A stretch of 63,996 nt of DNA, the filler included, from Dimargaris cristalligena (lineage: Eukaryota): NCBI GenBank assembly GCA_003614675.1. It is 4 parts of 4 records of this genome, joined end to end, with 100 filler letters (N's around TTAATTAATTAA, not from the genome) between each part and the next. Parts side by side here need not be neighbours in the genome. Positions count along the whole stretch, not along the records: positions 16,568 to 33,030 come from ML002847.1; positions 33,131 to 49,572 come from ML002848.1; 2 more parts are not named here. The stretch is one strand, 5' to 3'. Positions 24,209 through 37,550 of this stretch are shown here, in pieces. A model generated the notes under the pieces. That model was not told the origin of the DNA, did not search any database, and saw only the letters and a list, made by a program, of their open reading frames with translations. Numbering within the stretch: position 1 is the stretch's first letter; every line of letters begins with the position of its first letter. The position numbers and the translations under genes are program-made.

Positions 24209-25291
24209 ATGCGAGGCAAAGCCGGTTACAAAAAGGTAAGCTGGCCCTAAAACACCCCTGCCCCGGTGAAAACATCTTCCTCGGCGCAGCCACAGGAGCA
24301 TGTTGGTATGAACTTGGTTCTCCATGGGCACTGTATTGTCCGGGCACTTTACCTTCTCTAACCCACCCCCCTTAGTTTACCCTAACCCCTCTTCTCCTGC
24401 CCAACGCCCATTTAGCTCGGCAACTCGGAAGGCACCGAGAACAGGTCCCAGGCCTCCTCGTCGAATCCCTCCAATATACCCGGAGAAAGCTCCTACGCTC
24501 GTCCTGCCCTTGCGTCTCCCGTCGACGATGACGAGGAGCCCACGGAATCTCACCCCCTGCAGTCCGTTATTGACATTCAGGTCGCTGGCGAAGATTCCGA
24601 GGACGAGGATCCCGAAGACAACCGCCCCTTGGCCGAAACTCTAGCCCAAGCTGCCGGTAGCAATGCGCCGCCTACTGGAGTCCGGGCCATCACGGCTGCC
24701 TCCTCGTCCGCAGCTGCTGGTCCCCATCCCACCGCCGGTACCCAGGCCAATGACGGCGTCTTTTTCAACATATCCGCCAAACCCGACCTCTACGCCGACA
24801 AGCCGCCCAATGAGCCTTTGCCCAGCTACCAAGAGGTAGTTGGCGAACAGGCTCCCCCCTATTTCGACCCCACTGTCGTGGCCATTGGGACTGATACCGG
24901 TGAGATTCTCATTGAGGGTCTCCCTGTTGGTAATCTCTTTGTCTTTGCTCTCAATATGCTCGTCTCGACCGTATTTCAATTGGTTGGTTTCTTGTTGACC
25001 TACCTTCTGCATAGCTCACACGCCGCCAAGGACGGCAGCTTCGTCGGTCTAGGTATTACGTTTCTCCATTTCGGTTTCTACATTAGGAGTCGAATTGCCC
25101 ACCCTAATCAATACGGGAATGACGGCCATCCATCTAGTCAGACTGGCATCACCAACGGGATGCATAATGTCTATCTCTCATATATTCTGATGGTGATTGG
25201 CTGGTTTATTGTCCTGCGGTCAGTGGCCGACTACATTCGTGTTAAGCGGCTGCAACTGGCCATTATGAGCTCACCCGAAGGTGTCGTCTAA
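24209..25291 (+). CDS. BSD2: Metal homeostasis protein Bsd2 / NDFIP-like Rsp5 adaptor, about 300 aa; join(24209..24235,24416..25291)
   Basis: NDGVFFNISAKP, PY motifs LPSY and PPYF, IEGLPVGN, FQLVGFLLTYLLHSSHAAKDGS..GLGIT, three TM segments. Confidence 0.9.
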
Positions 25292-26241
25292 CGGGAACAA
25301 CCAAACTAAACTACCTACCCAGATGCCTCTTTTATTCTACCGTATTGTATTTTTTGACCCCTTATTATATTAGTCATCTATACCCTCCCCCTAACCCTAT
25401 ACCCCACTGATTTTCTCTCCTCTTGCGCGCTTATCGCTCCCTGATGTCCTCTGCCATAATAGTATTTTGCCTCCTTGTTCCTACTATTCTTAACTTCGGC
25501 CATTCTCACTCTATTCGTTTTATTTTGCTTTTGTTATGAACCCCTATTTGGACCGGTAATCTAGGAGTGGTCGGGCGATTGTGCATCAATATATCTGGTC
25601 TCTCTCGCACCCCCCCCCTCACTCTCTCTCTCCTCATTAAAGGGCCACTAAATATATGTTGGAATCTGGCCGACTGCGCACCATTATAGAATGTTGATTA
25701 ATTTTTTTCTCTAAAATCCTTTAATGTATCATGTTAAGGAATATGGAGGCTACCTGTGTTGTGACTAGGATTTGGTGCAGTGTAATTATGGATTAAATAG
25801 TCCCTATAAGTTGCTATCAGCACAGTTGGCCGAATATGTTGACCGCCAGTTATTTCCTTAGGCACTTTATGGGCCATTCCGGGCTACGCGCCGTTCTTTG
25901 GGATTTATTGCAAATGATAGCAAAACTAGTGGTGGGTGGGTAGTTAATTCCGTTGAAATAACAATCCTAATGGTATCCTGTCATACTCCTCGTTAGGCTT
26001 AATATAACCCCACAGCCTTGGATTAAAGCTCCAATTCCCACAGTATAGGGTGGATAGCTGGTGTGAGTCATTCATTCCAGGAATTCAGGTTTCCAAAGAT
26101 TAGTTGGCACATTCACCTATATTTTTTTTATAGCATTCTCACATTTCCATTATTCATTCGCCCCATCTGTGTTTTTATTCTCCTTCGCCCGGACTCCACA
26201 GTTGCACCACCCCCCACTTTACAGCCTCTCGACCCGCGCCC

Positions 26242-29094
26242 ATGTCCGATCCCATTGAAATCGATGAGCTACCCGTGGAGTTGGCCGATGAAGTTCTCGT
26301 CAAGGAATTCGAGCGCCGGGAACGGGCGCGTCAGGTGGTAGTCCCTACTGATGACAGCAAAGTTAAACAGAAGCTCCGCGAATTAGAACACCCCATATGT
26401 CTATTCGGAGAAGGGGTAAGTCAACCGCATGCGTTCACTCCTATTTCTGGGTCCCATTCTATAAGCGGGGAGCCGTAGGCCGGCGGTTAAAGGTGCACCG
26501 TGCCGTCCTATAGCGCGTTGAATATGCCACCCCACCCATTCGGTTGGAAACACCCTTTTATATGGCCGACCCCGAGTATCTAACCTTTTTGTCGTATTTC
26601 TACCGTTTGAACCGTGACATGATGAATCACCCAATCTAACTGTTTGTACGACTTTTCCGCCGGTATTATAGCCCATGGAGCGCCGGGAACGACTCCGGTT
26701 CGTCCTATCCGAATTACCCGATGTACAACTTATTGAAGATCAAATGTCGGAGGATGAAGGATCGGTGAGTCATGATTTGCTATACATACCAACAGTTTCT
26801 ATGTCAGCTAAATAATATGACCCGTTCTACGAGCGAGCTACTGCATCTGATAACCTGGCTATTAGTTAATCACTTAGACCTAGGAATCCCAACCTCGTTG
26901 CTTTTCACACGTATCCGCCATTAACCCCATTTTTAATTTTGGAATTTAATAATCCAGGAGGAATCCGAGCAAGAAGAGGAATTTTATACCGAAGGCACAA
27001 AGCAATTACTTGAAGCCCGGCGGACCATAGCCTACTACTCTCTACCACGGTAAGTAGACCATCGTATTTGCAGTATATGAATGTCAGTTTAGGGCCAGGA
27101 TTGTATTAAAACATGACCCTGATTTATTATTACGGCGTTTTATTAATATGCGAGATAGCCAAAATGATACATGCTAATACGATTTCTTCACACTTCTTTT
27201 TACGAATTTCGCTATCGATTGTAGGGCTCGGGCGCGAATCAATCGTCAAAAGGAAATGCATGAAGTGGCGCTGTTAACCATCAAGAATCACCGCGCGCAA
27301 CTTAATCAGCATTTACAGGTACCTTAAAAACAACTTACATAACATAACATTTACTTATTGAGAAACGCTTTTACCGGAAACCTATCCTCTAATTTTGACA
27401 CTCACCATTAGCCAAAACCTGATTTTATATATTTATATTCCTGACAATTTTCTATAGAAAACCATGATTTATGCCTCGCAAACGGCCGATACCCGGCCCG
27501 TTTCCATTTGTGGGTTTTCTCCCAACTCTGAAATGCTGGTCACCGGTTCATGGTCGGGTCTTTGCTCGCTTTGGCAGGTTCCTGGGTGTCAAAAAACACT
27601 AACACTTAAAGGTAAGTGGGCGTCTGGTGGTTTGGTTTAATACTTAATCGGTAGTGGGAAAGCGAATAGAGGGGTATACTAGCATGTCATATTGATTATT
27701 TTTCAATTCGGCAGGCCGTTATTTCAACAGTACAACCTACATTATATTTTTATTAATTGATTTAATCTATAGGGCACGGGGATCGTGTGACGGGTGTGGC
27801 CTTCCACCCCGAGGCCACTCTATCGCTGGACCCGTCGGTTGCCAATCTCGCCACAGGCAGTGCCGACAAAAAAATCCACCTATGGGCACTAGATAAGTAA
27901 GTAAACCGGTCTTAGTATTACGGTTGATTATATTAAAGCCTAGGCCTCGCAGCAACGTTAAGGGCTCATGCAGGTATTTCCCCAATATGTCGGTCTTGGT
28001 AATTAACCTATACATATCCACATGCTCGCCTGACTATACCACCCCATACAGAGAGCTCCCTATTGCCACCTTGGCGGGCCACACGATGCGCATTTGCCGA
28101 GTACGTTACCACCCCTCGGGTCGTTATCTGGGCTCCACCTCGTTTGACACAACTTGGCGACTATGGGACATGAACACCACCCAGGAAATTCTACTCCAGG
28201 AAGGCCACTCCAAGGAAGTATTCGGTCTTGCTTTCCAATGTGATGGCTCCCTAGTAGCCACCGGGGGCTACGACGGCGTGGGCAAAGTTTGGGATCTCCG
28301 AACGGGTCGTTCCATCATGGACCTACAGGGGCATATCAAGGAAATATACGGCCTCGATTTCGCTCCCAACGGCTATCAAATTGCGACGGGTAGTGGCGAT
28401 CATACCATCCGTATCTTCGACCTGCGCGTCATGAAATCGTTGGTGTCTATACCAGCCCACCAGTCCTTAATCTCAGAAGTGCGTTTCTTCCAGGGTACCG
28501 ACTTAGTGGGCTACCCAACCCTTAACGGCTGGCTACCCGGCTCAACCTCGGATCGACGGGATACCAGCGCGCATACGAATATAGATACAAGCATGGATAT
28601 GAATGTGGATGCCGGCCATTCGGGTCGCCAGCGAGTTCCCCTTTCCAATACGTTCTTGACTAGCTCGTCGTACGACGGAACGATCAAAGTTTGGTCAATG
28701 GACGATTGGCAGCTGCAAAAAACCCTGTCGGACCACGACGGTCGAGTCATGGGACTGGATGTTTCTAATGGTAAGTTAATAGATCTAAATGCAATGCCAT
28801 AGCATACGGCCAATAGAAACCCTTAAGTTTTCGGTAATTGATGGATGCTGGTTCAATTTTGGACGAGTCGACTTTGTCTCTATATATACCTGAACTTTGT
28901 GATTCGGGGCATTGGTGAACGCTCCATTGGCCTGTTAAAAATGAACTCTATACTAATCACAATTTTTGTCACCGATCTTGCTCGGCCTCGCGCTGGCTCT
29001 ATCACTATATAAACCGCCAATCTTCTACCTAGATGGCCAATATCTTGCGTCCTGCGGTTTTGACAAGACTTTTAAATTATGGTCAGCCCAGTAA
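26242..29094 (+). CDS. PRP4: U4/U6 snRNP protein Prp4 (PRP4 motif + WD40), about 503 aa; join(26242..26415,26672..26764,26958..27049,27225..27318,27458..27611,27773..27896,28052..28770,29033..29094)
   Basis: [88 protein letters not shown]. All eight exons splice in frame at GT-AG sites. Confidence 0.95.
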
Positions 29095-31791
29095 GAATGG
29101 TCGACATCTCCTGTTTACAGCACGTTGCTACTATGCTGCATCTTCACATGGTCATTTATAAAATATCCGATTAGTTGACCATTATGGAGGTATTATAATA
29201 TACTAAGCGGGATTACCCTCGCCCTCCCAGCTAAATAGTGTCCTATAAATGTGCTGGTTATCAAATACCATTAGGCTGTGGCAGGTGGTGGACTAATGCG
29301 TATAAATCGTATTTCAGAGGTATACTAAGGCTGGCTTAGTTCAACTATGTTTTTTACCACATTTGGCCAGTCAAATTAAACCATCCACTCGGGGGGATAG
29401 CATTTTCATTGTGTTCAGAAAAGATGTGCACGGTTTCTTGAAAAAGCGAAATAATGGCATTTACCGAAGAGCTGCTTTAATGGCACGGTTTTACTTGGGT
29501 GGATACTGGGCTACTTGGTTTCCGTCAGTAGATCGGCCTAGGCACGGTGCCACAAACAAGCTCCAGAGCCCCTAGACTACAGTAATAAGGTCCAGGAATC
29601 CCCTACATGCGGAAATGAATAAGGGCGTTGTGGTGTTTGGCATACTGGACAAGGTATGTACACGAAGAAAAGGTGTCTGTCGTGGAAAGCTGGTTAGTCG
29701 AATATAGTTATCGTAAGCCCACAGAGCCTCTAAACAATGTGGTATATCGAAATCGTCTAAAAAGGCGGCCGATGTTACCGGTATATGGCACTAGATGTTT
29801 TGGCATATGGTTATCTATACAATCACATTATTTTTGCATTGCACCAGAATTACACTAACCCTTTTGCAGCCACCAAAGGTTCATATCGGTAAATATATCT
29901 CGGGCTCATGTAGTATGTAATAACATATCAATTAACATGTCTGAATTAGCTATGGGTGGCATGGTTAAGCTTTATATTCTGCACAGAAGAACCTGACAAG
30001 GCTACTTGGGACACTCTTATTTAGGCCCCTATACTCTTAATGAGATTGACAGTCAAGGGTAATACACCTTAAAAAACCGCAGGGTTTAGGTCTTAGAAGA
30101 AAGTAACCGGTTTTTTGTCTTGAACCGTTTATTTATAGCCTTGACCATATTAAGGTGCCTATTCATGGTTTCGAACATGGCATTGGGACACTGGGAGGGA
30201 GGGGGTCAGTGAACTGAAGGGGAAAAACTACCTTTAGGATTCCCGTTTTCTTTGACATTCTATTCATCAAACACCATTACATATATCCTATCCAGGCTAT
30301 AAAAATTCATCTATCTCTCATCCCATACCTATACTATTAACATATAATAGTTATACTTCAGTCAATAACTACAACTTATATGGTTATATAAATCCCAGTT
30401 TAGCTCTACTTCGCCATTCACAATCTAGCCATATTGGTTTCATTTCATCCTTTGCCAGTCCACTTTATATTATTAACCCCTACCTATCCAACCACAAGTC
30501 TATAATGTATTATTTATCCCATGACGAAAACACCTTCTTTGTACACCTCTCCTAGGCATAATAGAACTTAAAGGCCAATTTGGGCCACACCTTAAGATAT
30601 GGGACATGTCATTCCATTGGAAGGCCCCAGAATCCTTGGACTAGGCGTGGTAAATCAAATGACCAGGCCCACTTACATGCGGATACTGACAGGTCCAACT
30701 GTAGTGGATCTTTAGCAATCTAAAGGACACCATCTCCTGTAACAATGGGCCAGTGCCTGTAAAATATCCAAATGAATAGTATGTATCTCTTAGACTGATA
30801 TTGTTTAATCAAAAAACATGTACTATACCCACACTGGTCAGCTTCTTTGTTCTGCTGGGTTTATTGTATCAGCTGTATGGCTAAATCAAACCCATGGAGG
30901 CGGCCATATTTACATTGTATTACTACTTTTCCCACCAGTACCTAGTCGGGAATACTCCGTAAATCACATTGCTGAACGATACAAATACATGACCACCGAG
31001 TAGGATGCTTTAACCACTGAAATTCTTATTCAATTCAAGGGATTATAACTAACTTAGTAAGCTATGACTGACCATGGGATTGAAGCAAAGAGGCTTCCGA
31101 AAGAGATTATGGAAAATACATCTGGTCCAAATTTCCATGCCCATTGACAGGTGGTCTTCATCATATGTAGAAGTCCCCACGTAAGGATCCCTAACAAAAC
31201 CATATGATTATACAGTCCCTAAATAGGCTAAAGCTATTGTTGAATTTTCTATTTGGCCATTCAACCAGGCGTCCACCACAAGGATTCATTAGAAGGACCC
31301 TGTTGACACCCTGAAGATTACATTGGAAGTGCAGTGATCATACAAAACAGCGTACTCCAAAATACATCTTGACCAGCCATAGTATGCGGGTATAAATAAG
31401 GCCGCTTATCCAGCCTGTCCTGCTCCAGCGTACACTGTGCTAAGCTCATTATCCCCCACACCCCCTACTTCGAATACTGACCTCTTACCTTATCAGATTT
31501 TTCTATTTCAACCATTTTATATTCTCACCATACCTTCAGATCCGAATTTTAGATCTACAGTCTCATCGATTATATTTCAGTGACGTTCCATCCGTCTTCA
31601 AGTATAGCATTTCGGGCCACTTTCAGTATAAGTAACCACCAGGTCGATTCAAATGAGTAATTATTGGTTAAGCTATACCAACCCACGGGCGCCGGCGGAT
31701 GATTCACGTAAGTGAGGCATTTATCAGTATCTCCCATATTCCAAACCATCATTTTTAAAGATTTTCTTTAGGTACCGTACATTTTGCCACC

Positions 31792-32338
31792 ATGTAGTAC
31801 AATAGTAACTAAATTCGCCATCTGTGTTGGAATTTGCATGTCACTTCTGATTCGCATTTCCTACCATGGTTTCGATTGAATACCCAAAGCGGCCCTCTAT
31901 GCCAAGAACAGAACAACCTTCGTCCTCGAATTATGTTGGTTGGAAACGGCCTACCAACCCACGATTTATAGAAATATTACCGGGGGTAACATGGCCAACT
32001 GCAATTTCCCACATGGTACGGTCGGATTCCTTAATATGCAAAATATTAGTGACCCCTATCTTTGCAGCACCTTTCTCATCTGCCTTAAAGTGAATCAATC
32101 AAACGAACCGTTCTTCGATGGACTTAATTTTGGCCAGGAGCTCCAAACCCTTCTGGTTCTTCTCAGCTACAAGAATTCGAAAGCAGACTTATTCATTATT
32201 CCACCGGAGGAATTCGGAATTCTCCGGGGCTATCTTAATTTTGGTAACATCGAAACTGTATGGAAGGAAGTGGATCTTAATCAAATGATTCCCAATGAGG
32301 ACAATGATATCGTGAGTTGGATGTTGAAAAGTCCCTAG
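31792..32338 (+). pseudogene. Possible degenerate RlpA-like/expansin (double-psi beta-barrel) secreted-protein gene
   Basis: The 31940-32338 ORF has GG.MANC.FP...VGFLN...C...ICLKV...LLVLL...DL.I.PEEFGIL...GNIETVW.EV, resembling the DPBB/expansin pattern. A signal-like hydrophobic stretch upstream (VTKFAICVGICMSLLI) is broken by stops and frameshifts. Confidence 0.3.
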
Positions 32339-33030
32339 ACTAGGCGCGATCCAAACCCATAGCTCCTCTGTAGTTTCATTGGACTCATCTCTTTTTATCT
32401 TTTATAGCTTACTCCTCTTCGGAGGTCTTGAAACTGCCCCAAACACGATATGCCCCGACCTCCCGCTTCCCTTGGCCATCTCCTACAAATTCTTGGACTT
32501 GGTGACGGGGGTACGTCGTTCATATTCTATAGTTAGGCCACCTTTGAACACTTTCAGGCACCATATTTTCATACTACCGTTTGTGATAGGCCAGGTTTTG
32601 GTGGTCTTCACTGCTCTATTGAGGCTGTATCCATGCCCTGAATAAATCGGAATTACTGTCGCTACTGTAAACCTCCCGGTTACCTCGGACTCTCTCCACT
32701 AGCTGCTTATGGTGAGAAGGTCTAGCCTATTTTAATGCCATACTGATTGTATTCTATTTCGGGCACACCATACTCCCCAGCTCTATAGCATTCCTGTGAA
32801 CTGCCTGGGCCTTAGGAATTAACGATACGCCAGAGGATTTTCCTGTGTTCTTAATTAGCTTCCAACGTGGATCAAATATGGTAAACGATTATGTACACAG
32901 GGCCACAAGCTGGAGATAACCATGCGATAGTATGTGTCATTACCCGTTCAACTGTTTGATGGAATACTAAGGACTTAAAGGAAATAAAACTGGAAGTAAG
33001 GGAAGAAAGCAGCTAGAGGACGGTAGGTAC

Positions 33031-33130
33031 NNNNNNNNNNNNNNNNNNNNNNNNNNNNNNNNNNNNNNNNNNNNTTAATTAATTAANNNNNNNNNNNNNN
33101 NNNNNNNNNNNNNNNNNNNNNNNNNNNNNN
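33031..33130. other. Artificial contig linker (N44-TTAATTAATTAA-N44)
   Basis: Same 100-bp linker as at 16468. Confidence 0.98.
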
Positions 33131-33427
33131 GGGGATGGAATAATGGTAAAATGGGTAACTGAAAATGGGAATTAGATGGGCAGGCATAATAAATAAATAA
33201 ATCAAACACAATTATATGGTAAAAATGAAAGCGTGTCAAAGGATGTTCAAGTGAAAACGAATATAGTAGTAATAATATGTACAAAATTACGAATGTATGA
33301 AGGTAGATGCGTAATAATTTTGGGTCCTAAGGGTGTAGTATTAAGGAGAGTACTTAGTATGCAGGGATTGTAAAGTAAATGTAAATAGTAAAAGGCAATG
33401 GACACGGAGTGGTGGGAGGGAAGCGGA

Positions 33428-36400
33428 CTACTCCATGAGGGACACTAGGAACTTGGTGCTGCGGGCTACATCAAAGACCGCGCTAGTAAGCCGCTGTTTA
33501 AAGATCTTGTCATTAACCAAGTCATGCACGACTTCGGTATCCAGGTCTTGGTTATCGATTTGGAACTCGTGCAGGGCTCCGGGGCGGGGGCTGGACCCGT
33601 TAAGCAGTACGGAGCTGGCCGGGTGGGGCGATGCCGGGGACAGGGTGCTGTCGAACTGGTTATTGATGGCGGCCATCTGGGCAGCCTTGTAAATTTCGGC
33701 CACGAGGGTCTGGAGCAAATGGTCGCCCTCACCAAGTCCTTCCAAATACGAGCGAGCCCGCTGGGGGTCAAACGACGGGGGGAGCTGGTACGATGCTGGT
33801 CGACCGTAGACGTGCGAGGACGAGCGGGTAAGGCTTGAGTAGTGCTCAAAACTGGTCCGACAGGTAATAAGAATGGACGATACCGTAGCGACAATTTGCC
33901 GCAGATTGAGGACGAGGGCAACCGGATCGACCTCTTCTGACCGGCTGGTACGCAGCATATCCTGGATGCCCTGGACGGCTTGGTCGGTTTTAGCCTCCAA
34001 AAAGTCCCGGAGATCATCGACGGACAGACTACTGTTGGGGTTGGCCAGGTCACTCGGGGGAGGGGTGGCCGTCTGCTGGGAGTCCCAGCTTTCCGACTTG
34101 GCTCCATTGACCAATGGTGGAGAGTGCCGGTTGTAGCCATTCGCTTTGGTCGCCCCATAAAGGGTATCGGAGGGGGGTCGATTATAACCAGCGACACTAT
34201 TGAAATCACTTCGCAGATTTTTGGACCGGGTTAGTGTAATTTCCCCTGAGCCGGCACTGCGGTCAAGTGACGGACCCCGCCCGTTCTTCGAGTGGTAGTC
34301 ATCGTGGCTCTTATGAATAGGACCTGACTTGGGTGTAGGTGGGGAGGATAGCGTCAGGGAATCCGACGAGCTATTGGGTCGCAGCTTGATGGTTCGAACA
34401 ATATCAATGACGGCGGCCGTCGTGTGACCGGCGGCCGATTCTAAAAGGGAGAGGGGGCTCAATCCCATACCCGATGCGTGGTTCTTGGCCGCCGTAGTGA
34501 GGCCGTGTAGAGTGGTTGAAAGACGGGACCGATAGCCCCGTAACCTCTCAAGGTCATTCGAATTGAGTTGGGCCTGGGCCTCGTATTGCTCGGTGTCTTC
34601 CGAAATAGCCCGACAGGCCATTACGACCGATTTCATGCAGACCAGAACGGAAGTAGGGGCATCGGAGCGACCGGTTCGGAGGAGTTCATCGATGGAATTT
34701 TGGAACTGGGTCATTTTTTGCCGATCGATACCACCCTCGGATGTTTTATCATGGTACGGTGTATCGCCAAGACCCTTGGAGGTCTCTCGGGCAAAGTCGC
34801 TGGGGTAGGGTGGAGTCGGTGGAACCACTTGCTTAGAGAGCTTCTCGGCATCCCGTAACCGGTTCTCCAAATTCATTTTCTGAATATACATGCGAATGGG
34901 TATCATTGGTCAAGTAGGGGTATATGTGGTGAGCGGGGAGTCAAATGGGCCTTTTATAGCATTAAGTTGGCCGGGTCGTAAGCCCATGTAAAAGGAGTGG
35001 GTAAAAATAGGGGAACATATAGACAAAATGAGGGCCTCCGTCGGCAATGTTGACCATATATCCTTATCTAATATATGATTAAGAAATGGGACCAAACTTA
35101 CCTCGTCCATCAGCTTCTTCATGCGCCGGTTGTAGTGCTCGTTCTGAGATTTCAGTTCACCCAGCTCGCCGGTGATTCTGCTGACCTGTCGCCGTAGATT
35201 GTCTTTTTCGTCGCGGTCCTTTTCGGCGCCCATACGCTGGAGGAGGTACAGATGGGTAAAATTAGGTAAGGTGGTTACGAATAGTAGGAGGATAATATGG
35301 TCAGTATAAGAGGTCATTCGACATGGAAGTGGGGGCTTATGAAAGTATCGGCAATACTTCCGCCAGAGAAGGATATGATATTACGTGGTACCCAACGAAA
35401 CCATTTGGGAGAGGTTCAACCAAGCTATATAACGAAAAATCCGTTGGATGAAGTGAATATTACTGGTTGAAAATAAACCTCCCATATATTATACCATATA
35501 CGTATCATTTAAAACCTTATACAGCTGGGCCGCATTTCACCCATTTTGATGTTCTCCGTCGGAAAAACTCCCCAAAAAAAGCGGACACTTACCAGACTGC
35601 GTTGGTGTTCTAATAGCTCGCTTCGAAGCTGTTCCGTCTCCTTGGTCATATTGGCAATATACCGTTCCTGCTCGGCGTTTGTCTATAATATAACCATACG
35701 GAAAATAGATAAACATAGATAGGTAGATAGTGAAGTGTCCCGATGAGTCCATAGAACATAGTAAAGGAAAGGGAAGCTATTGACTGCATCCACAGCAAAC
35801 CCGACCCGCCATTTTATACAACAGCAACGGGTCATCTAGGAGTATAGTGAACCCCATTCATGGGACGACGAAGGTGACGGTAGAAGGGACCTACTTTGCG
35901 GCTCTCCTGTAGGTCGAGCTTGAGCTGGTTATTTTCGCTGAGCAAATCTAGTTTTTGGGATTCGCTCTGGCTGGATTTTGAGAGGGACCGTTCAAGGTTC
36001 TCGACTTGTAGTTTGAGGGACTGGACCTGCCGCTCGTAGTTATCTTTAATCCGATCCACATCTTCGGAGGAGCGAGAGGGGGGAACCTGGGGGCTGGGGT
36101 GGGAATGCATATAGGAGGAGTCGATGGACGGGGGTTTTCCAATGCTGTGGAGGGAGGCCATAGACGAGGAAAAATTGGGGTTAAGATTAGAAAGGCTTCC
36201 ATTCCCATTGACCCCACTCGGCGGACCGTTATTGCGGGATACAGCTGGCCGCTGGCGCGGGTCGTGGTAGTTGGTGGACTGTTGGTGGGTGGGGGACTGC
36301 GAATAGGGCCCCGGTGCATCGGACCGCGACGCGATGCTGTGATTGGAGCGATTGGTGTCACTGGATTCGGTGCGCGTAGCCATGGGCCTCGAGACATTGG

Positions 36401-37550
36401 CGGGGGGTCGGTGGGGGTCATGCCCCCGCGCCCCGTGGTTCACAATTTGTGGGGGAGGTGGTGGGGGGTGATGGCTGTCTTGGGGGAAATTGGGGCGGGG
36501 GTGACTCGGGGTCACCGGTGTAGTAGCACTACTCTCGTACTGGAAAAATAAAGGGGTAATTGATATGGGCACGGGCACGGACAGGGGGAAAGACAATGGC
36601 CAGGACAATGGGGTTAATATATACTGAAATACGGAGGCAATATGTAGGGGACGGAGATAATGCCAGTGTTGTCGGGTAGGGTGTATAGGGGGGCGGATGG
36701 ACTTACCTGAGAGCGGCGGTTTTCCAGTTCGGTAAATACTTCGCAGACGAGGTCGAAGAATTTGGACTCGGACAGAGTGCAGAGCTTCGCCCGGGCTTGA
36801 TTACGTCGGTCATTGAGGTCGTTCTTGGCAATTAGATGGGGAACTGGGGAAATGCCGGACGAGAGTATATGCCCAGATATAATTTGGATAAATGCGTTGG
36901 GCAGGGATTAGCCAGGGCTCGAATAATAACGCCATTTGGCTAGAGTAGACTAATGGAATATGATATAATATATATGCATGCATGCATACACCTGGGGCGG
37001 ACTTACTAAGTGGGGTTTGGGTCCGCCGAGTCAGTTCGTCGTAAACGTCGGTGACAAGGACCTGGAACTGTGGCTCCTGAAGCCGGTATAGTTTACCACC
37101 ATTGGCGGGTCGCCGCATGGGCTGGCCTGGATAGGGGATGGAGATACAATATAATAATGGGGTATGCCAATAGGGCCAAGAAAAAACAGAGAAATATGCA
37201 AGTATAAATATATAAAAACCGAATACCAATTAGTTACACGTCTCTACCTTGGTGCTGCCTTGTGTAGAACATTAGACACACCAGGGTGGCAGGTGCGACA
37301 GGAAGAAGGACCAAGTGTTAGTAACGCCCAGCCCTCCCATAAACACCAAGAAGTGAGTTAGAGGGCAGCCTCGCTTGGACAAGTCAACTCATCTACGCGT
37401 ATCACCCAACGGCCGTACTGTAGGGGCGTACTCAAGGCCGACTGCAGAGAAGGAGGAGGGGGGATCGGACTGAGGAGGGTACGCACCTGGTGGTAAATTG
37501 GAAGTAATGAAACTTCGGAAAGTCTGGAGTTTGACGAGGGTCGATGCCAT
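33428..37550 (-). CDS. SPA2: Polarisome scaffold Spa2-like protein (two Spa2-homology repeats, coiled coil, GIT-like C-terminal helical domains), about 880 aa; join(37550..37487,37126..37007,36843..36707,36539..35895,35682..35593,35236..35102,34879..33428)
   Basis: SHD repeats KLYRLQEPQFQVLVTDVYDELTRR and RNQARAKLCTLSESKFFDLVCEVFTELENR. C-terminal FQNSIDELLRTGRSDAPTSVLVCMKSVV, AAKNHASGMGLSPLSLLESAA and AVFDVARSTKFLV. All seven exons splice in frame. Confidence 0.9.
35407..35542 (-). mobile_element. Full-length 136-bp MITE (reverse orientation) in SPA2 intron 5, ATTT TSD
   Basis: ATTT|GGGAGAGGTTCAACCAAGCTATATAACG...CCTTATACAGCTGGGCCGCATTTCACCC|ATTT. The reverse complement aligns to the 7545 and 16891 copies. 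Confidence 0.85.

Noticed and set aside
27319-27457. PRP4 intron 4 as a U12-type intron (donor GTACCTT, branch TTCCTGAC)
   Set aside because: The donor lacks the strict RTATCCT consensus, and CTGAC is the normal fungal U2 branch site.
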